Origin: Takakia lepidozioides
Taxonomy: Eukaryota > Plantae > Bryophyta
DNA length: 64,000 bases
Assembly: GCA_030704615.1 (NCBI GenBank)
Contig: CM060732.1
Span: 39,804,001-39,868,000 of the forward strand
Direction: 5' to 3'
Part shown: one piece after another, positions 12,560 through 25,266 of the stretch
Layout of the letters: every line of letters starts with the position of its first letter
Numbering within the stretch: the stretch's first letter is position 1
Program-made: the position numbers and the translations under genes
The notes under the pieces: generated by a model
The model's input: the letters and a program-made list of their open reading frames with translations, nothing else
Told to the model about the DNA's origin: nothing
Databases searched by the model: none

Positions 12560-14291
12560 ATAACTGGGAGTAAAGAGTGTTGAGCCTGGACCCAAAGCAT
12601 CTGGTTCCTATGAGTTTCTCTGTCGTGCAGATCATTCCACCACTACTCAATCTAAATATTTGCTTTGCAAGGGCAACCCGAGGATGTACCCACCATGAAT
12701 GACAAGGAGTGGCTATTTCATCTTTAGAAATACAGGAAAACACTGAAAGTCAAGTCCACTCCTTTGCATGATTTGCACACTAAACCTGAGCATCTCCTGA
12801 AAAAATTTAGAAGGTCATTCTAGTAGGAGTGTACCAAATACTCGCAAACCCTCTAAAGAAACTTCCCCTTTTGAGGAGATTTTCATCGGAAACTGGATCA
12901 CAGACTGTCTCATCTCTTGAGATAAGCTTCAAAATATCCTTCACCAGCCAAGATCTCGTGAACTCCCCATCTGTGCCACGCAACACTGCGAGTATCATGC
13001 CACTAACTCCCCCCTAATCCACCGTCAAATATTACCCAGATATTTGAGGTACTTCCACAGTGTCCTCATTGAGGAGGCCTAAGGCAGCCTCCGCAAAGAT
13101 TGGTTCCATCCCTGTGCATGGGTGGTGTGGATGACATCTCTATGCTCCGACACATGCACACAAATGTGCATATGATTAGCAACAAGCGTTGAGTTGATTT
13201 AAGCTCCAGGGGTAATTAACATCCAAACACAGCAAAGGTCCACATACACTTAAACCTATTGAATCCAAAGATAGTTCCTTCAAAGGTACCGCCCAACAAC
13301 TTCAAACTCGCCAGCGTAAGCATTTCTTCTGGTTTTTCTACATTAACAAACGAAAAGGGGTCTTCCATATGAGCAATACATCTCAGGTTTTTGCAACTCC
13401 TCCCAGTGGTCAGGTTGTCTTTGATTCTTCACGAAAACAGTAAATTGGTGAGAACAGGGGTAGTCCTGTCACCCTCACAGTCTTCAAAGACGGGTCTACT
13501 CTCGTACTTGCTAAAGTTTGTGATAAAGTTTATGTCCGTGAAGTTGGTGTCCATTAAGACACAGAACACTCCCGAACGACAAGGACAACTCCCCGGGGGA
13601 TGCCTTCACGTAGTTCACGAAATCGTCGTCTGAGTAAAGTTGTAGACTGAAGGTATTCACCAGCGGAGATCTTGGAGTATACCCGCAGGAATTTGAGTCC
13701 ATGAATGAGCAATAGACAGCATAGACATGGCGACTCCCTAACTCCAACACGGTCTTCGACTTTCCATACCCGCCGATACTGCAATAAGGGGAATTCCACT
13801 TTGCTGATGCAAGAGGTTTACAACAGGCGAACGTAAGGCCTCCTCCAACCTGGATTCGTCCGTATCGTTGTCACCAGAGAGTCTACTCAAGCATTGTGTT
13901 GCTAGGAAATCAAAGTACTTTTCCGGAAATCTGGTGCCGCCCACAGTGCGGCATCTTAAAATGTCAAGGTCCCACTTTTCCTTGCATTCATGTTTAGAAG
14001 GAGTCATACCTACGGGCAGGACAAACAGAGGAAGGAGAGTGAAGGCTCTAGTGGAAGCCACTACCCACCCTGTTAAATTTCCTGTTCACCTCCTCTCTCC
14101 CTGCCTGCTGAACTCCTCTTACACCTCAATCCTGACTTGAACAACACCACGTAGTGCATCCTCTAAAAGCCACGCCCTCCAGAGAGTCCCCCAACCTTTG
14201 TCGCCTCAAGCACTCCTAACTTTCTTCCTCATAAATGTGTCAGAATGTAAGCTCCGCGAGAAACAGTCGCTCAAGTGCTTCGCCTTCAGGA
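12560..14291 (-). pseudogene. Degenerate Crinkler-type (CR-NTPase/REase-like) gene
   Basis: Minus-strand fragments give, in order, EMYCSYGRPLF, MLTLASLKLLGG, MEPIFAEAALGLL and (frameshifted) GELVA.IL. This matches the GRPLW / KL.GG / EP.LAEAA / GELV motif series as I recall it from this family. Many stops and frameshifts. Confidence 0.45.
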
Positions 14292-15029
14292 TTATGGAAT
14301 ACCAAATGCTCGACAATTTTACTATCATCTACAACCCTCGACAAATCATCTACAACCATACAACCATCGACAAATCATCTAGGACCCTCGACTAGTGGTT
14401 GATTTAGGGTTGATTTTGTGGGCAAACCGTATGCGTTGGAATACCAAATGCCCATGTCTTCATCCCACTTGTTCAGCGAATATTCTCTAATAGATTCTTA
14501 GATCCTTCAAATTTATGCTTAGATGCTTTCATCTTTGATTTGACACCAAGGAATACCGCATGACCACGTCCCTCGACAAATCAACTTAGGTGTTCACACC
14601 ACTTGTTGACAACATGGGTGTCAACAGCGGAGGTGGCGCCACTAAGGGAGGCGGCGTCAGGTTGTTGGCACAACTTAGTTCAGATTGGCACAACCTAATT
14701 TCTAATAAATACATATATTTACATATACATATACGTAGAGGGTTTAGGGTCATTTGCATAATCCAAATATGATGAGACCTTGTCTTTAAGAATGTTGGAC
14801 TATAACGTAATAATTTGATGATATTTAAAGAACAACTAGATCTAATATGTGGACGTATAATCTATAGTGTTCTAGCTTATTCGTATTACTTAGAATTTTT
14901 ATATTATGAGATATACAATAAAATATTGTGAATTAAAAAATCACAAAGGGATAGAGATTGGTTTTAAAAAATAGATCCTATAACAACCTTATTAAATGCA
15001 TATGAAATATCACCATTCACTGTTCACTC
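14292..15029 (+). repeat. Left long terminal inverted repeat of the giant element, with GACAAATCATCTACAACC-type subterminal repeats
   Basis: 14292-14465 matches 61645-61851 inverted. 14470-15029 matches 50484-51143 direct. Confidence 0.8.
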
Positions 15030-16285
15030 TTACATGTGTTTTCTATTATTATATTGGTCATTTATATGTACAGAGTCTCATAAGTAGAATATTTTCATTG
15101 TCCTGACAATATAAGTATTTTTTTAATTAAAAATACAAGGAGGTGGTCCTCTCATTTTAAGATAATAGGGTCTTCAATGGGCACGTGTGATGTGGCCGGT
15201 GGCCCCGCGCAGGACGCCCGGCTCCAGAGCACCCGCCCGCCCCGCCCGCCGCTGCGCGCAGTCGCCCAGCCGCGGGCGCGGCGCAGCAACCGCGCCCGCA
15301 CCCGTCCGCCGCGCGGCCAGTCCCCCGCCCATGAGTCCGCTGGCCTCCAGTCGCCAGTCGGCTACTGGCCAGTCGGCTACCCAGAGTCTGCAGTCCGCCA
15401 GTACGCGCTGGCCAGTCCGCTGCCCAGCAATCTGCCCGTCCGCTGGCCAGTCCCCGCCATCCAGTCCGATGACGGCGCAAGATCGCCACTGTCCATTCCC
15501 ATAACCCTCCGAGCCCTCCATTTTAGGGCTTCAAAAATGGCAATGATCGTCCCACCCAATCCGGCCGCTCTCTATTGACAGCTGTTTGTTGTCCGATGTT
15601 GCTGTAGGCGTTTCCATGCACGCGATTGTTCCTCTTTGTGCGCGATGTTTCATGATGATGATGAAGCGTGTACTTGAACATGAGAGGACTGTCTGGGACA
15701 CTACAGCCACCATCGTTGCATATGCTTTCCACTATTTTTGCCTTCTTGTTGTGCTTTCGGGAACCTTCGTTTTATGGTTGGTTCTATGTCATAAATATGG
15801 AAAATGTGGACATCTGTCGTCGGAAACGTCCTTCTGTGATCCGTCATGATACGTTTAGCCCCTTCGTACTGCATCCCTCATGAGAGCCTTCACAAGTTTA
15901 GTTCGTGTAAAGGAACCCATGTGGTAACCTGGGCGCGAACTGGTGGAAGCGTATGCACATGGGGGCGTGTATTGCAGATTCGTATCGGACGATGGGACTG
16001 TTTATGTGACCAAGTATAGCAGTTGAATCCGTCGTGCATAAGTTGTGGAAAAGGGTGGAGAATCTGAAGGAAACCCAGCTTTGTGTGATGGATCCACATG
16101 GTATTCATAAGGGATAGCAGCACAAAAAAAAACAATTTGAGTCGTCACGGAACACCATCCAGTCGTAAGGTCCCAAACATCCACACGCACCTGATGAATG
16201 CAGATGTCTGAGCCACGATGGGAGATGTCTGAGACAAATGCATCTGCAAATGCGCGTGGATGTTTGAGGTCCGTTGTGTTGCGAA

Positions 16286-16905
16286 GTCTGTTCACAGTGG
16301 GTCCGCTGGCCGTCAGTGCTCCGGATATTCCCCTTATAGCGTGCATAACAGTCAGTTTGGAGGCGGTCTGCTAGACAAGTCCGTTTTGGGATAGCAGTCT
16401 GTTGCACTTGTGAATTGTCAGTCTGTTGTGTCGGAAGTCTGTTTGCACTAAGTCTGTTTCACTTCTTATTTCCCTCCGGTCAGTCTTTTGGCTTGTTCTC
16501 CCGCAAGTCTGGCGAAACGTCCGTCTGCTGGACAGTTCTCCTCTATGGATATCAGTCGTTGGACAGTGCATGCATCAAGTCTGTTGTGTCGGGAGTCTGT
16601 TCACAGTGGGTCCGCGTCCGTTAGTGCTCCGGATATTCCCCTTATCGCATGCATAACAGTCAGTTTGGAGGCGGTCTGCTGGAAGTCCGTCTGTTGGGAT
16701 ATCAGTCTGTTGCACTTGTGAATTTGTCAGTTGTTGGGCGGAAGTCTGTTTGCACTCAGTGTTGTTTGACTTCTTATTTTCCCTCCGGTCAGTCTTTGGC
16801 TGTTCTCCGCCCGTCTGGCAAAACGTCGTCTGCTGGAAGTTCTCCTCTATGGATATCAGTATGTGGACGTGCATGCATCAGTCTGTTGTGCGCGAGTCTG
16901 TTTGC
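16286..16905 (+). repeat. Tandem duplication of a ~309-bp unit rich in CAGTC/AGTCTG
   Basis: GTCTGTTCACAGTGGGTCCGC recurs at ~16286 and ~16595, with collinear downstream sequence. Confidence 0.8.
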
Positions 16906-19369
16906 AATGGGTGTGTTCGACTTTCCTGTTCTCCCTTACTCTCTTTTGTCTTCCTCGCTCCGGCAGGGAAGTGCTCCAATTATGAAGCCGCTCACCTCAG
17001 CAAAGAGAATAGTCCGCTGGACTGGCGGTCCGGTGGACTCTCGGCCCGATGGGAAATGAGTCTTGCTGCAGGCGAGGAGCGTGGATGAATTTGTACGATC
17101 CGTTCGTTCGGTGGACGTATTACAATGCGATGACGGCGGATAGTTGGCGCCTGTGAAATCGCGCCACGTTGGCAGTGCCATGCCCGCTTCCCCCTTCTAC
17201 TTCTACTTCTCCATTCTCTCGCGCCTGTTTTCTTGCACAGTTTTGCACGCTTTGTTTTCCTCTTGGCGTTTCCATCACCGTAACGAAAGCCGCCATTCTT
17301 CCCCAGGTGTGGAGAGTCGCGGTGAGCCGCGAAGCGTCGCAAACACGCTCGCCTTCGTAAACAACTCGATAGTTCCGGTCCTCCGGTGAGGTTCTCACTT
17401 GCTGCGGCTGTTTCCTTCCCCTTGTGTCCTCTTTTGCTTAGGATGAGTCTTTTCATAGGACTTCATGTCGCTCTGTAACTCATTGTCCCTTGCACTTCGA
17501 TCGTTTCATTCTGCAGTGATGGAGGATGTTTGTGAAAAGGTGGATGCGGTACTGGTTTGGATTTTGTGCACCCAAACCCGACTGAAGAAGGAGCGAAGGT
17601 CCTGGTACTCACCAGACGAGTTTGATCATAAAATAGTGGAAGATTGTAGACCTCCGCGCCGGAGCCCAAAAACTCGACTTGGCAGAAGGACAAGCCTCTT
17701 CTGTCCCTTCTATGAAGAGGTGTATCAAGGACAAAAGCCAACTAAATCGGCATTTGTGTGTGACACGGGTGCAAGGAGACTGGTGCAAGGAGACTGTTGC
17801 AATGATTCCACGGGATTTCAAGCCTTGGCCGATACTGAAAGAAATGTCGATTGTCAAAGAGGCCACAATGCGCTTGCATGGATCAGTGCTTGACCCTCGC
17901 ATTTGGAATTAGACGAAGTGCGCGCACGGTATATGGCGTCCATTGTGGTGGCCCTCAAGGAGGATTTGCAAGTGCAGGGAACGCTGGACGCTCCCGAAAA
18001 CGTAAACTGAGTGATGGGGCCCAAAAAAGGAGAGGCAAAAAAAGGAGAAGGCTGCAAGGTCTGCTCGCGAGGCAAGGGCAAAATCCACGCAACAGACTGA
18101 ACCCGTCCTGGGCGGCAGACCCACACCATCAGTACTGATACTGAAAGTGAATCTGCTCAGGGCCTGGAAGGGGTGACAAGTCCAGTGGACATTGACTTGC
18201 CTGACCAGACTCGGCAGCAGACTCACACAAATATCGCGACCCATGCCATCGGTTTAGGGTCAAGACCAAAAACTCAACAGAGCACTGAAGGGCCAGTCTG
18301 CCCTGGCACATTGCACCTCGTTGACTTTGGGCTTTTCCCACCAGAGTGCCCACCAATTGGGGATCCAGACTTCTTCCGTTATTTCTACAGAGTTACCCAG
18401 TCAGGTCTGCTACGGCACATTAATCCGACAGGCAGAACAGAACTGGTTGAACAGCTTTGAAGATGAAGATGACGATGATGAGGTAGAGGAGGTAATGGTC
18501 CAGTCTGACCGCCCAGTCTGTTTTTGTGCTGTTTGAGTCCATCATCGGGGTCACGTTGCCTATTCAGTCTGGTCAGTCCCCTGCGTTCTCTCCTCAGTCC
18601 GCTCGTCAATTAATCTGTTTTATATCTCTGCATTACTTACTGAGTCCGTTTGTCAGTCCGCTGGTCCAGTCCACTGGTATAGTCTACTAGTTACCTCCAC
18701 CCTCCGTACGCACGTTACAGTCTGCTAGTCTGTGAGTCCAGTCCGCTGCATGAGGTGAATATAGAGTCCACGTCCATGTTCCTGACGTCGAGTTCTCTGC
18801 GTGTACCAGGATGAATGTGTTCTATTTGTAGGGCATTAGGCTTGGCGGAAACCTAGCAATGATGCTCCTTTACAAAGCGACTGCAGTGCGTGCGGAAGTG
18901 GACCGCGTGCGAGAGTACATATTATTGAAGTATCATAGGTCATCTGCTGCTATAGCGGCATTACATATTGAAGACGCGTCGGGGGGGCATGACGTCTGAG
19001 GACAGCCGAGTCTGCCATCCCGCACCCTGTCATCCAGCAGACTCCCAGAGAGCAGACTCCCAACGAGCAGCCTGTCATCCTGCAGACTCCTCTCCAGGAG
19101 CCCATCTTGCAGCCCATGCCAATGGGAAGTCCTGTCATCCAACAGACTGCGGACCAGCAAACTGACCAGCAGACTGCCTTTCTCTCACATAGCACGACGT
19201 TTTTTGCAGTTTGGCGATCGCCATCACCGGTAATTCGCCCCGGAGCTGAAGACCTCACACTTCCCCGGCTTAGGGTGGGAGAATCGGTAATCCCCATTGG
19301 GATTGGCATAATGAGCTCCACCGGATCGTTGCGGACCGCCGGTGGTCATTTGTACCATTTCATTATTCC

Positions 19370-22300
19370 ATGGAGTTTTCTATTGAGGAAGCCAACCATG
19401 TTCTAGAAGCCGCCTCTGCTGTTGCCATTGAAGCCACAAGCGACCAAAATGCGCCGCCTCTACTTATGCAGCTCATGGATGACCCACGGCCTGAAGACCT
19501 CAGACATATGCCTATGGCACATCCAATTTTTGGGGTGCGAAGAAAGCACTTGTTCAGATTGACTGAGGAGGACTTTGAGCGCATAGCAGCTTCCTTCCTA
19601 CAACACAGATGGATGCAATTTGGCAATTTCCGCTCATACAACAAGTTGATGATGGACTTACTCCATGGAACACACCATTCACAGAAGTTTGTGGTGGATG
19701 AGGCATTGCACTGGTTTGCCTTGGTGATGGAGCGAGCAGTATTCGACATTGTTTTTGCAGAATCTATGTTTTCAAAGTCCTGTGGTGTGGGATCCCAACT
19801 GAAGACCGCATCGGCGCCATTGCTCATCTCGATGGAGCATGCATGTGCCGGCAAATCAAGGACATTGGCCTCGTCGGAAATCTCTTGGAAGGTAAAATGT
19901 TATGGGCAACTTCGTGTTTCAGCTCAATTTCTTTGCCAACTTTTTTACAAGTTCACATTTGCATAAACAGTGTTGCAGGGCGAGTTGATCTGGGAGACAG
20001 CAAGTGCAGGCTGCTTTGACTCTTTTGCCAGAGGTGCAAGGGACCTTGTTCTGGCTTACAGGAGTTTGGGAGACTGTCCAGCAGACTGGCCACAAGAATG
20101 TCGAACAACATATTCCCCACGACACATGTGGGCAGACTGCCCAAGTGTTGGAGACCAAGCATGTGCACCAGACCGTCCCGGGTAATAGGCCGGATCACTC
20201 CCAGCAGACTGCCCCGCACACACATACTCAGTATGTGCAAACAGTACTGAGCGGGCAGCGAACTTTGCAGACTTTGCAGCAGACCGGATAACAGACCGGC
20301 CAACAGACTGCCCTTCATCCGACTGTGTAGCAGACCAGCAAACATGGCCACCAGACTGCCCCTCAGTAAACTGTAAAGCAGACCGACAAATCCAACCAGC
20401 AGATTGCCCCTCAGCAGACCGTGCAGCAGACCGACGAATCCAGCCAGCAGATTGCCCCTCAGCAGACTGTGCAGTACACTGGCGAACCTACTCAGCAGAT
20501 GGCCGAGCAGACTATCCAAGAGACTAACAGCCAGTCTGTTTCCTGGATTGTGCAATAGACTCGGATGCACTGGCCTCACCGGGACCCTGTGGACGAATTT
20601 CTGCTGAGTTCCCAACAACATGTTTTTGGATCTGCCAGTATAGAGTGTTTTGACCGAGTCCACTTTTCCCCCAGGCACATTCACTGACAACGTCATCAGG
20701 TCACCGGTAAAGCATTCTTATCCAGCTCCCCGTGGCCTGCCTTCTATGACCTTCCACCATACATGTTCTTGATGTTTCCCAAGTCCATGGAGATCCGAAC
20801 ACCCAGCCGGCTGTCCACCAGACTGACCAGCACACTGAACAGTGGACACATGGAAGGACTGCCAAGCAACGTATGGCGGGGCAGCATACTGTCTTCATTG
20901 ATGAGCAGACTGAGCCGCGGACTAATCAGCAGACTGCACAGGTCACAGATGGAAGGACTGACCAAGATGGCTCGGAGCGGCAGACTGCACAGCTTAGCTC
21001 TGACTGCACAGTTCAGATTGCACGGCCTGACCAGCACACTGCACACTTCACAGAGGGAAGGACTGACGACCAACCTGCCACCGAGCACATTGCCCACATT
21101 GAGGAAGAGACTGAACCGCAGAGTTGCCAGCAGACTGCACAGTTCACAGATGAAGAACCGGCGGCCGAGCAGATTGCCCACATTGAGCAACAGACTGAAC
21201 ATGCTGGCAGACACACTGACAAGGAACCATATGCGGCGCAGACACCGTCTGGTATAGCGCTGGATTACATGGAGTCTGCTCCCTCACCCCTTGGGCAGGT
21301 TGTGCCATTTCCTCTTTCAGCACTGTTGTTTATGTTTTAGCATATTGTGAAATTGGACTAATTCGACATTTTGCTCGGTATCCTCATAGGATGTTCGTCC
21401 CTCCGTCGGCAGACTGTCTACTTCTGAGGACATGACATCTTCCGCCCATGCTGCAAACGTGGGATCGACAGCCAAGAAAGGTGTGGGGGTGAGCACGCCC
21501 CTCGATGCGCGGGTCAGTTCTATGCATGCGACCCACGAAGCTGCAAAGACAGGTCCAGCAAGTGTAAATAAACCTGCTGACCAGCCTCTGTTGCGAAGTA
21601 GGGCGGCAGCGCTGCGTTTGTCTGCTCTATCCAGCCCGCCTACAGCTGTCCCTGCTTCCCAGGGGAGAGGCAAAGCCAAGAAGCGGACTGTCGTGGACCA
21701 TGCTGAGGAGGTCGAGGAGGGTCCGAGTACCAATAGACCGGCGAAGAAAAAGTCTGGCGTCTTTATGAACAAGAACCGCAAGCTGGCCTTGGACATGGAC
21801 AAAGATGTGGGTCGTTTCCTGGAGCAGCACAGGTGAGAACTGTGCTCAGTCTCATTGTCTGTCTTTGTCGTTAAGTGCTTTGCACTCTGTTCTGGTCAGT
21901 CTGCACGCTGGTCAGTCTGCTGCTGGTTTCATCATTGTCTGTTGTGGTTAGTCTTGTCAGTCTGATGAATTGTTTAGCCTGTAGAGTGTTTGGTACCATG
22001 TTGATGTCAGTCTGTTCAGTACATGAGGCTTCCCGAAGGATGGTCTGCTCTGTGTAGGATGGGTGCTCGGTTTGGCAAAGCACATGCTTTGCATGTGAAG
22101 GAAGGTAATTCCATGCTGATGTTTTTTGAAGGGGACCCACGGTTTGAATGCGGACTGTCGCCGGATGACATAAAGGCGGTCCAGAAGATTGAGTCGGAGT
22201 GCACAGATAGACTCCTGGAGCTGTGGTGTCGATTCTATGAGAAGTCGGTTGAGGCTGCGTTCATCAACACTATTGTTGTTCTTCCAACGTCGACGTGGAC

Positions 22301-23073
22301 AGTGTTGAAGTCATTGGGGTGGGGGCAACATGAAAGCCTTCTGGAGGTCTTGAAAGGTTGCCTTAGCACTGAACGACTGGGCAAGGACTTGAAAGAGTGC
22401 GATTTTATTTTGGTGCCAATTGGGGACGAGTAAGAACTCTTCTGAATCTGCTGAGACTGTCTCCTGAGTCATAGTCTGGTTTCGCAGTGTCGTCTTGACT
22501 CTGAGCGATTAAGTTGACCTCTGTATGTGTGCAGTGGGACTGGGTTTGAAGATTGAGTCTGCTGAGTGCTGAGTCTGCTGAGTGGTCGGTCTGCTGAGTG
22601 TCAGTCTGTTGAGTCTGCCCATCATGATTGTGCAATGACGCCATGTTGTTTGATACCATTGCAGGGGGCACTGGAGTGTTTGTATCATCGACCTCCGCAA
22701 GGGCTGTTACACTCACCTGAACTCTATCAGGGACTTGCATAAATGTCCCTTTGTTCTAGGGTGGATTCGGAAGCTTCATGCGCAGTGCTTAGGGTACTCG
22801 ATGGACTCACCAGAGTGGCATGAGATTGTCCAAGCATTTCAGTTCCACGCGCCTAATGTGCCCCAGCAACCATTCAGCTGGGAGTGTGGCTTTTACGTCA
22901 TGTCATTCATTCAAGTGTTTTATGAGTGGGTAAAAGTCAGAGCCAAATGTCTCCAAGACTGCAAAGCCAGAGAGAGGAACCACCTTTCACGATGGACTGG
23001 TTTACTTTCAAGTTTGCACTTGGGCAGCGAATGCAGTGTGCCCAGTATATCGTGCGGGGGTTGGACAATGTAG
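19370..23073 (+). CDS. Multi-exon MULE cargo gene: unknown N-terminal domain, low-complexity linker, C-terminal Ulp1/C48 SUMO-protease domain
   Basis: Exons ~21390-21832, 22058-22429 and 22665-~22930 splice to ...ECDFILVPIGDEGHWSVCIIDL...HLNS...NVPQQPFSWECGFYVMSFI, which contains the catalytic His and Cys. Linkage of the upstream exon 19370-19890 is inferred. Confidence 0.75.
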
Positions 23074-23634
23074 AGAAAACTGCTCTATGAGTATGATGTA
23101 CTTGTCATGTGAAGTCTATGTACCTAAATAAAAAATGCGAGTATTTTCGCGTACTATTCCAGTGGTGATGAGCATTTTTGTGTACTGTGGGTGCTGGCAT
23201 GTTTTGTAATGTTGTCACTAAACTCAATGGACACAATGGTGTCAATTTTTCCATGCACTGTGCACCCGAGTCTGCTGAGCTTGAATGTGCGAGCAGTACG
23301 CTGCCAAGGCTAGGACTGTTGGGTCTGGTACCTAGTCTGGGAGGCACCATGTCCATAAGTCCGCTAGGACGCTGGATTGGCATAAGTTGCAGGGATGAGG
23401 TGGAAGTGTGGTGAGCAGACTTTTGGAGTGGGCAGCAGACTGACCAGCAGACTGGTTTACTGGCGCTCGCAGTCTGTTGACTGTGACTCTGTTGGGAGAC
23501 TGTGCGTGAGTCCGTTGGGAGACTATGCTTGGGAGACTGTGTGGGAGTCAGTTGGGAGACTGGAGGAGTCCGTTGGGAGACTGTGCATTAGTCCATTGCG
23601 GACTTGTATTTCAGAAAGGGACAATGCTACCAGA

Positions 23635-23890
23635 AGAAATTGCAGACTTATATTGTCTTCTTCGTGACACCTACACGACATGTCACCTTGTCTCTTTTCG
23701 AGGAATTGCAGACTTATATTGTCTTCTTTGTAACACCTACACGACATGAAACCTTGTCTCTTTTCGAGGAATTGCAGACTTATATTGTCTTCTCCGTGAT
23801 ACCTACACGACGTGAAACCTTGTCTGTTTTCGAGGCATTGCAGACTTATATTGTCTTCTTCGTGACATCTACACGACCTGAAACCTTGCA
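23635..23890. repeat. 63-bp tandem repeat, about 4 copies, at the 3' end of the MULE transposase
   Basis: Unit ATTGCAGACTTATATTGTCTTCTTCGTGACACCTACACGACATGAAACCTTGTCTCTTTTCGAGG. Only about 2 copies are present in the second MULE fragment (49810-49925). Confidence 0.9.
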
Positions 23891-24191
23891 AATTTTCGAG
23901 TATATATGTGCTGCAGGTGCAGGTGCAGACACCCTCTTGCTGGTTCTCCGCAAAACCCTAGGCCGGGTTTTCCAGGCCTCCACGAAATCTCGTCTCCTTT
24001 TCAGAGACATGTTGTTGTTGTCGTTCAGAGGACGGAAAGCCTTCGCTGCCACTACAACAAAAAGCGGCTTTTACGTCTCTGTGTTATGACTGCAAATGCA
24101 GTCATGGAAGCCATTTACAACTTCCTGACTCTGAAGACGTAAAGACCTAGTCAGTTGTGACATGGCAGATATGACTCTCCAGGCTGGCTGT

Positions 24192-24883
24192 CACGTGGCG
24201 CCAGAGCAGCTGTGGGGGTAGTCATACACGCTGGCATTACTGAATGACTGAACGGACAGTGTAGTCCATGTCAGCCGCTGTGTCAGACAGACACGTGGTG
24301 GCTACAGAACATGCCACGTGTCAGACTACGACGGCAGCCCTCACTGCCAGCTATGACAGCAGACGAGGGAATTAAACAACAGCATGTGTCGCGTCATAGA
24401 AGAAATGCGTGGTGCGACATATCATTGCCACGTGTCACTGTGGGGGACGGGGCTTCGCAGTCACATGTATGTCTTCATGGGGGGAAATTTGGGGTCAACA
24501 CGTGGCAACATCTGGGGAAACCATATGCCACGTTCGTGTGTGCCCACGTGCTGGACTTTCGAGAGCTGTGGTGGATTCTTGCCAGTCATACCTACGACTG
24601 GCGCAGTACGGTATATTCCATGAACAGGGGATTCCATGAGGACGTTGTAGTCCCAGGTGGTGCCACGTGCGCGATCCTCTAAACCTCACGTGCTGCTTCG
24701 TAGACATACATTTGACTGGACGTTCTGATGGAGTCATAGGACCAACTGCGCGGGGACCTTAGGGGGTCACGTGTCGGAATGTAATATGCTCATACACGTA
24801 TCATATTGGGTTCGGTACTCATGGTTATGACTCTAGACGGACACGTGGATATGCCACAGAGGCAGCCAATAGGGTGCCACGTG
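24192..24883. promoter_or_regulatory. Cluster of 11 CACGTG (G-box/ABRE-core) motifs in the left CACTA subterminal region
   Basis: CACGTG at 24192, 24292, 24315, 24429, 24499, 24545, 24664, 24687, 24768, 24842 and 24878. Confidence 0.6.
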
Positions 24884-25266
24884 CATGTGCCATACAACAT
24901 CACAATCATGTATACAGCAAGACTTTAGGCACAGAAGTGGCACAAAAGTGGCACAGACGTAATTCTGAAAGACCACAATAGTAGCAACATCACCATCCAG
25001 CATCACCATTATCAACCACATATGAACAGCAACAACATAACCAACCATAGTGTGTGCAATGGGGACATACCACCTACCACCACATTGCTCATTAATGAGG
25101 CATAAGTTTGCAACAACATGCATGAGAAAATCCAACATGTGATTGCTATCAAAATTGGACAGTCAATTCAGAGAAACTGTCACTACTATAAGTTACCGTA
25201 GTTGCCAAATCCGGATGAGGCACAGGTGGAAATCCCCAAGAAATCCACGATGCTAGCCGACCTACC

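Noticed and set aside
15157-15578. Several overlapping 100-160 aa ORFs here and at 39622-40140
   Set aside because: They are by-products of GC-rich TIR sequence, open in many frames with no domain signal.
19953-21257. Leu/Ser/Arg-rich ORFs on both strands
   Set aside because: They arise from the CAGAC micro-repeat; only one plus frame is plausibly a linker of the Ulp1 gene.
23523-23891. Regularly spaced repeats resembling a CRISPR array or repeat protein
   Set aside because: Head-to-tail 63-bp minisatellite with no unique spacers, in a eukaryotic context with no cas genes.
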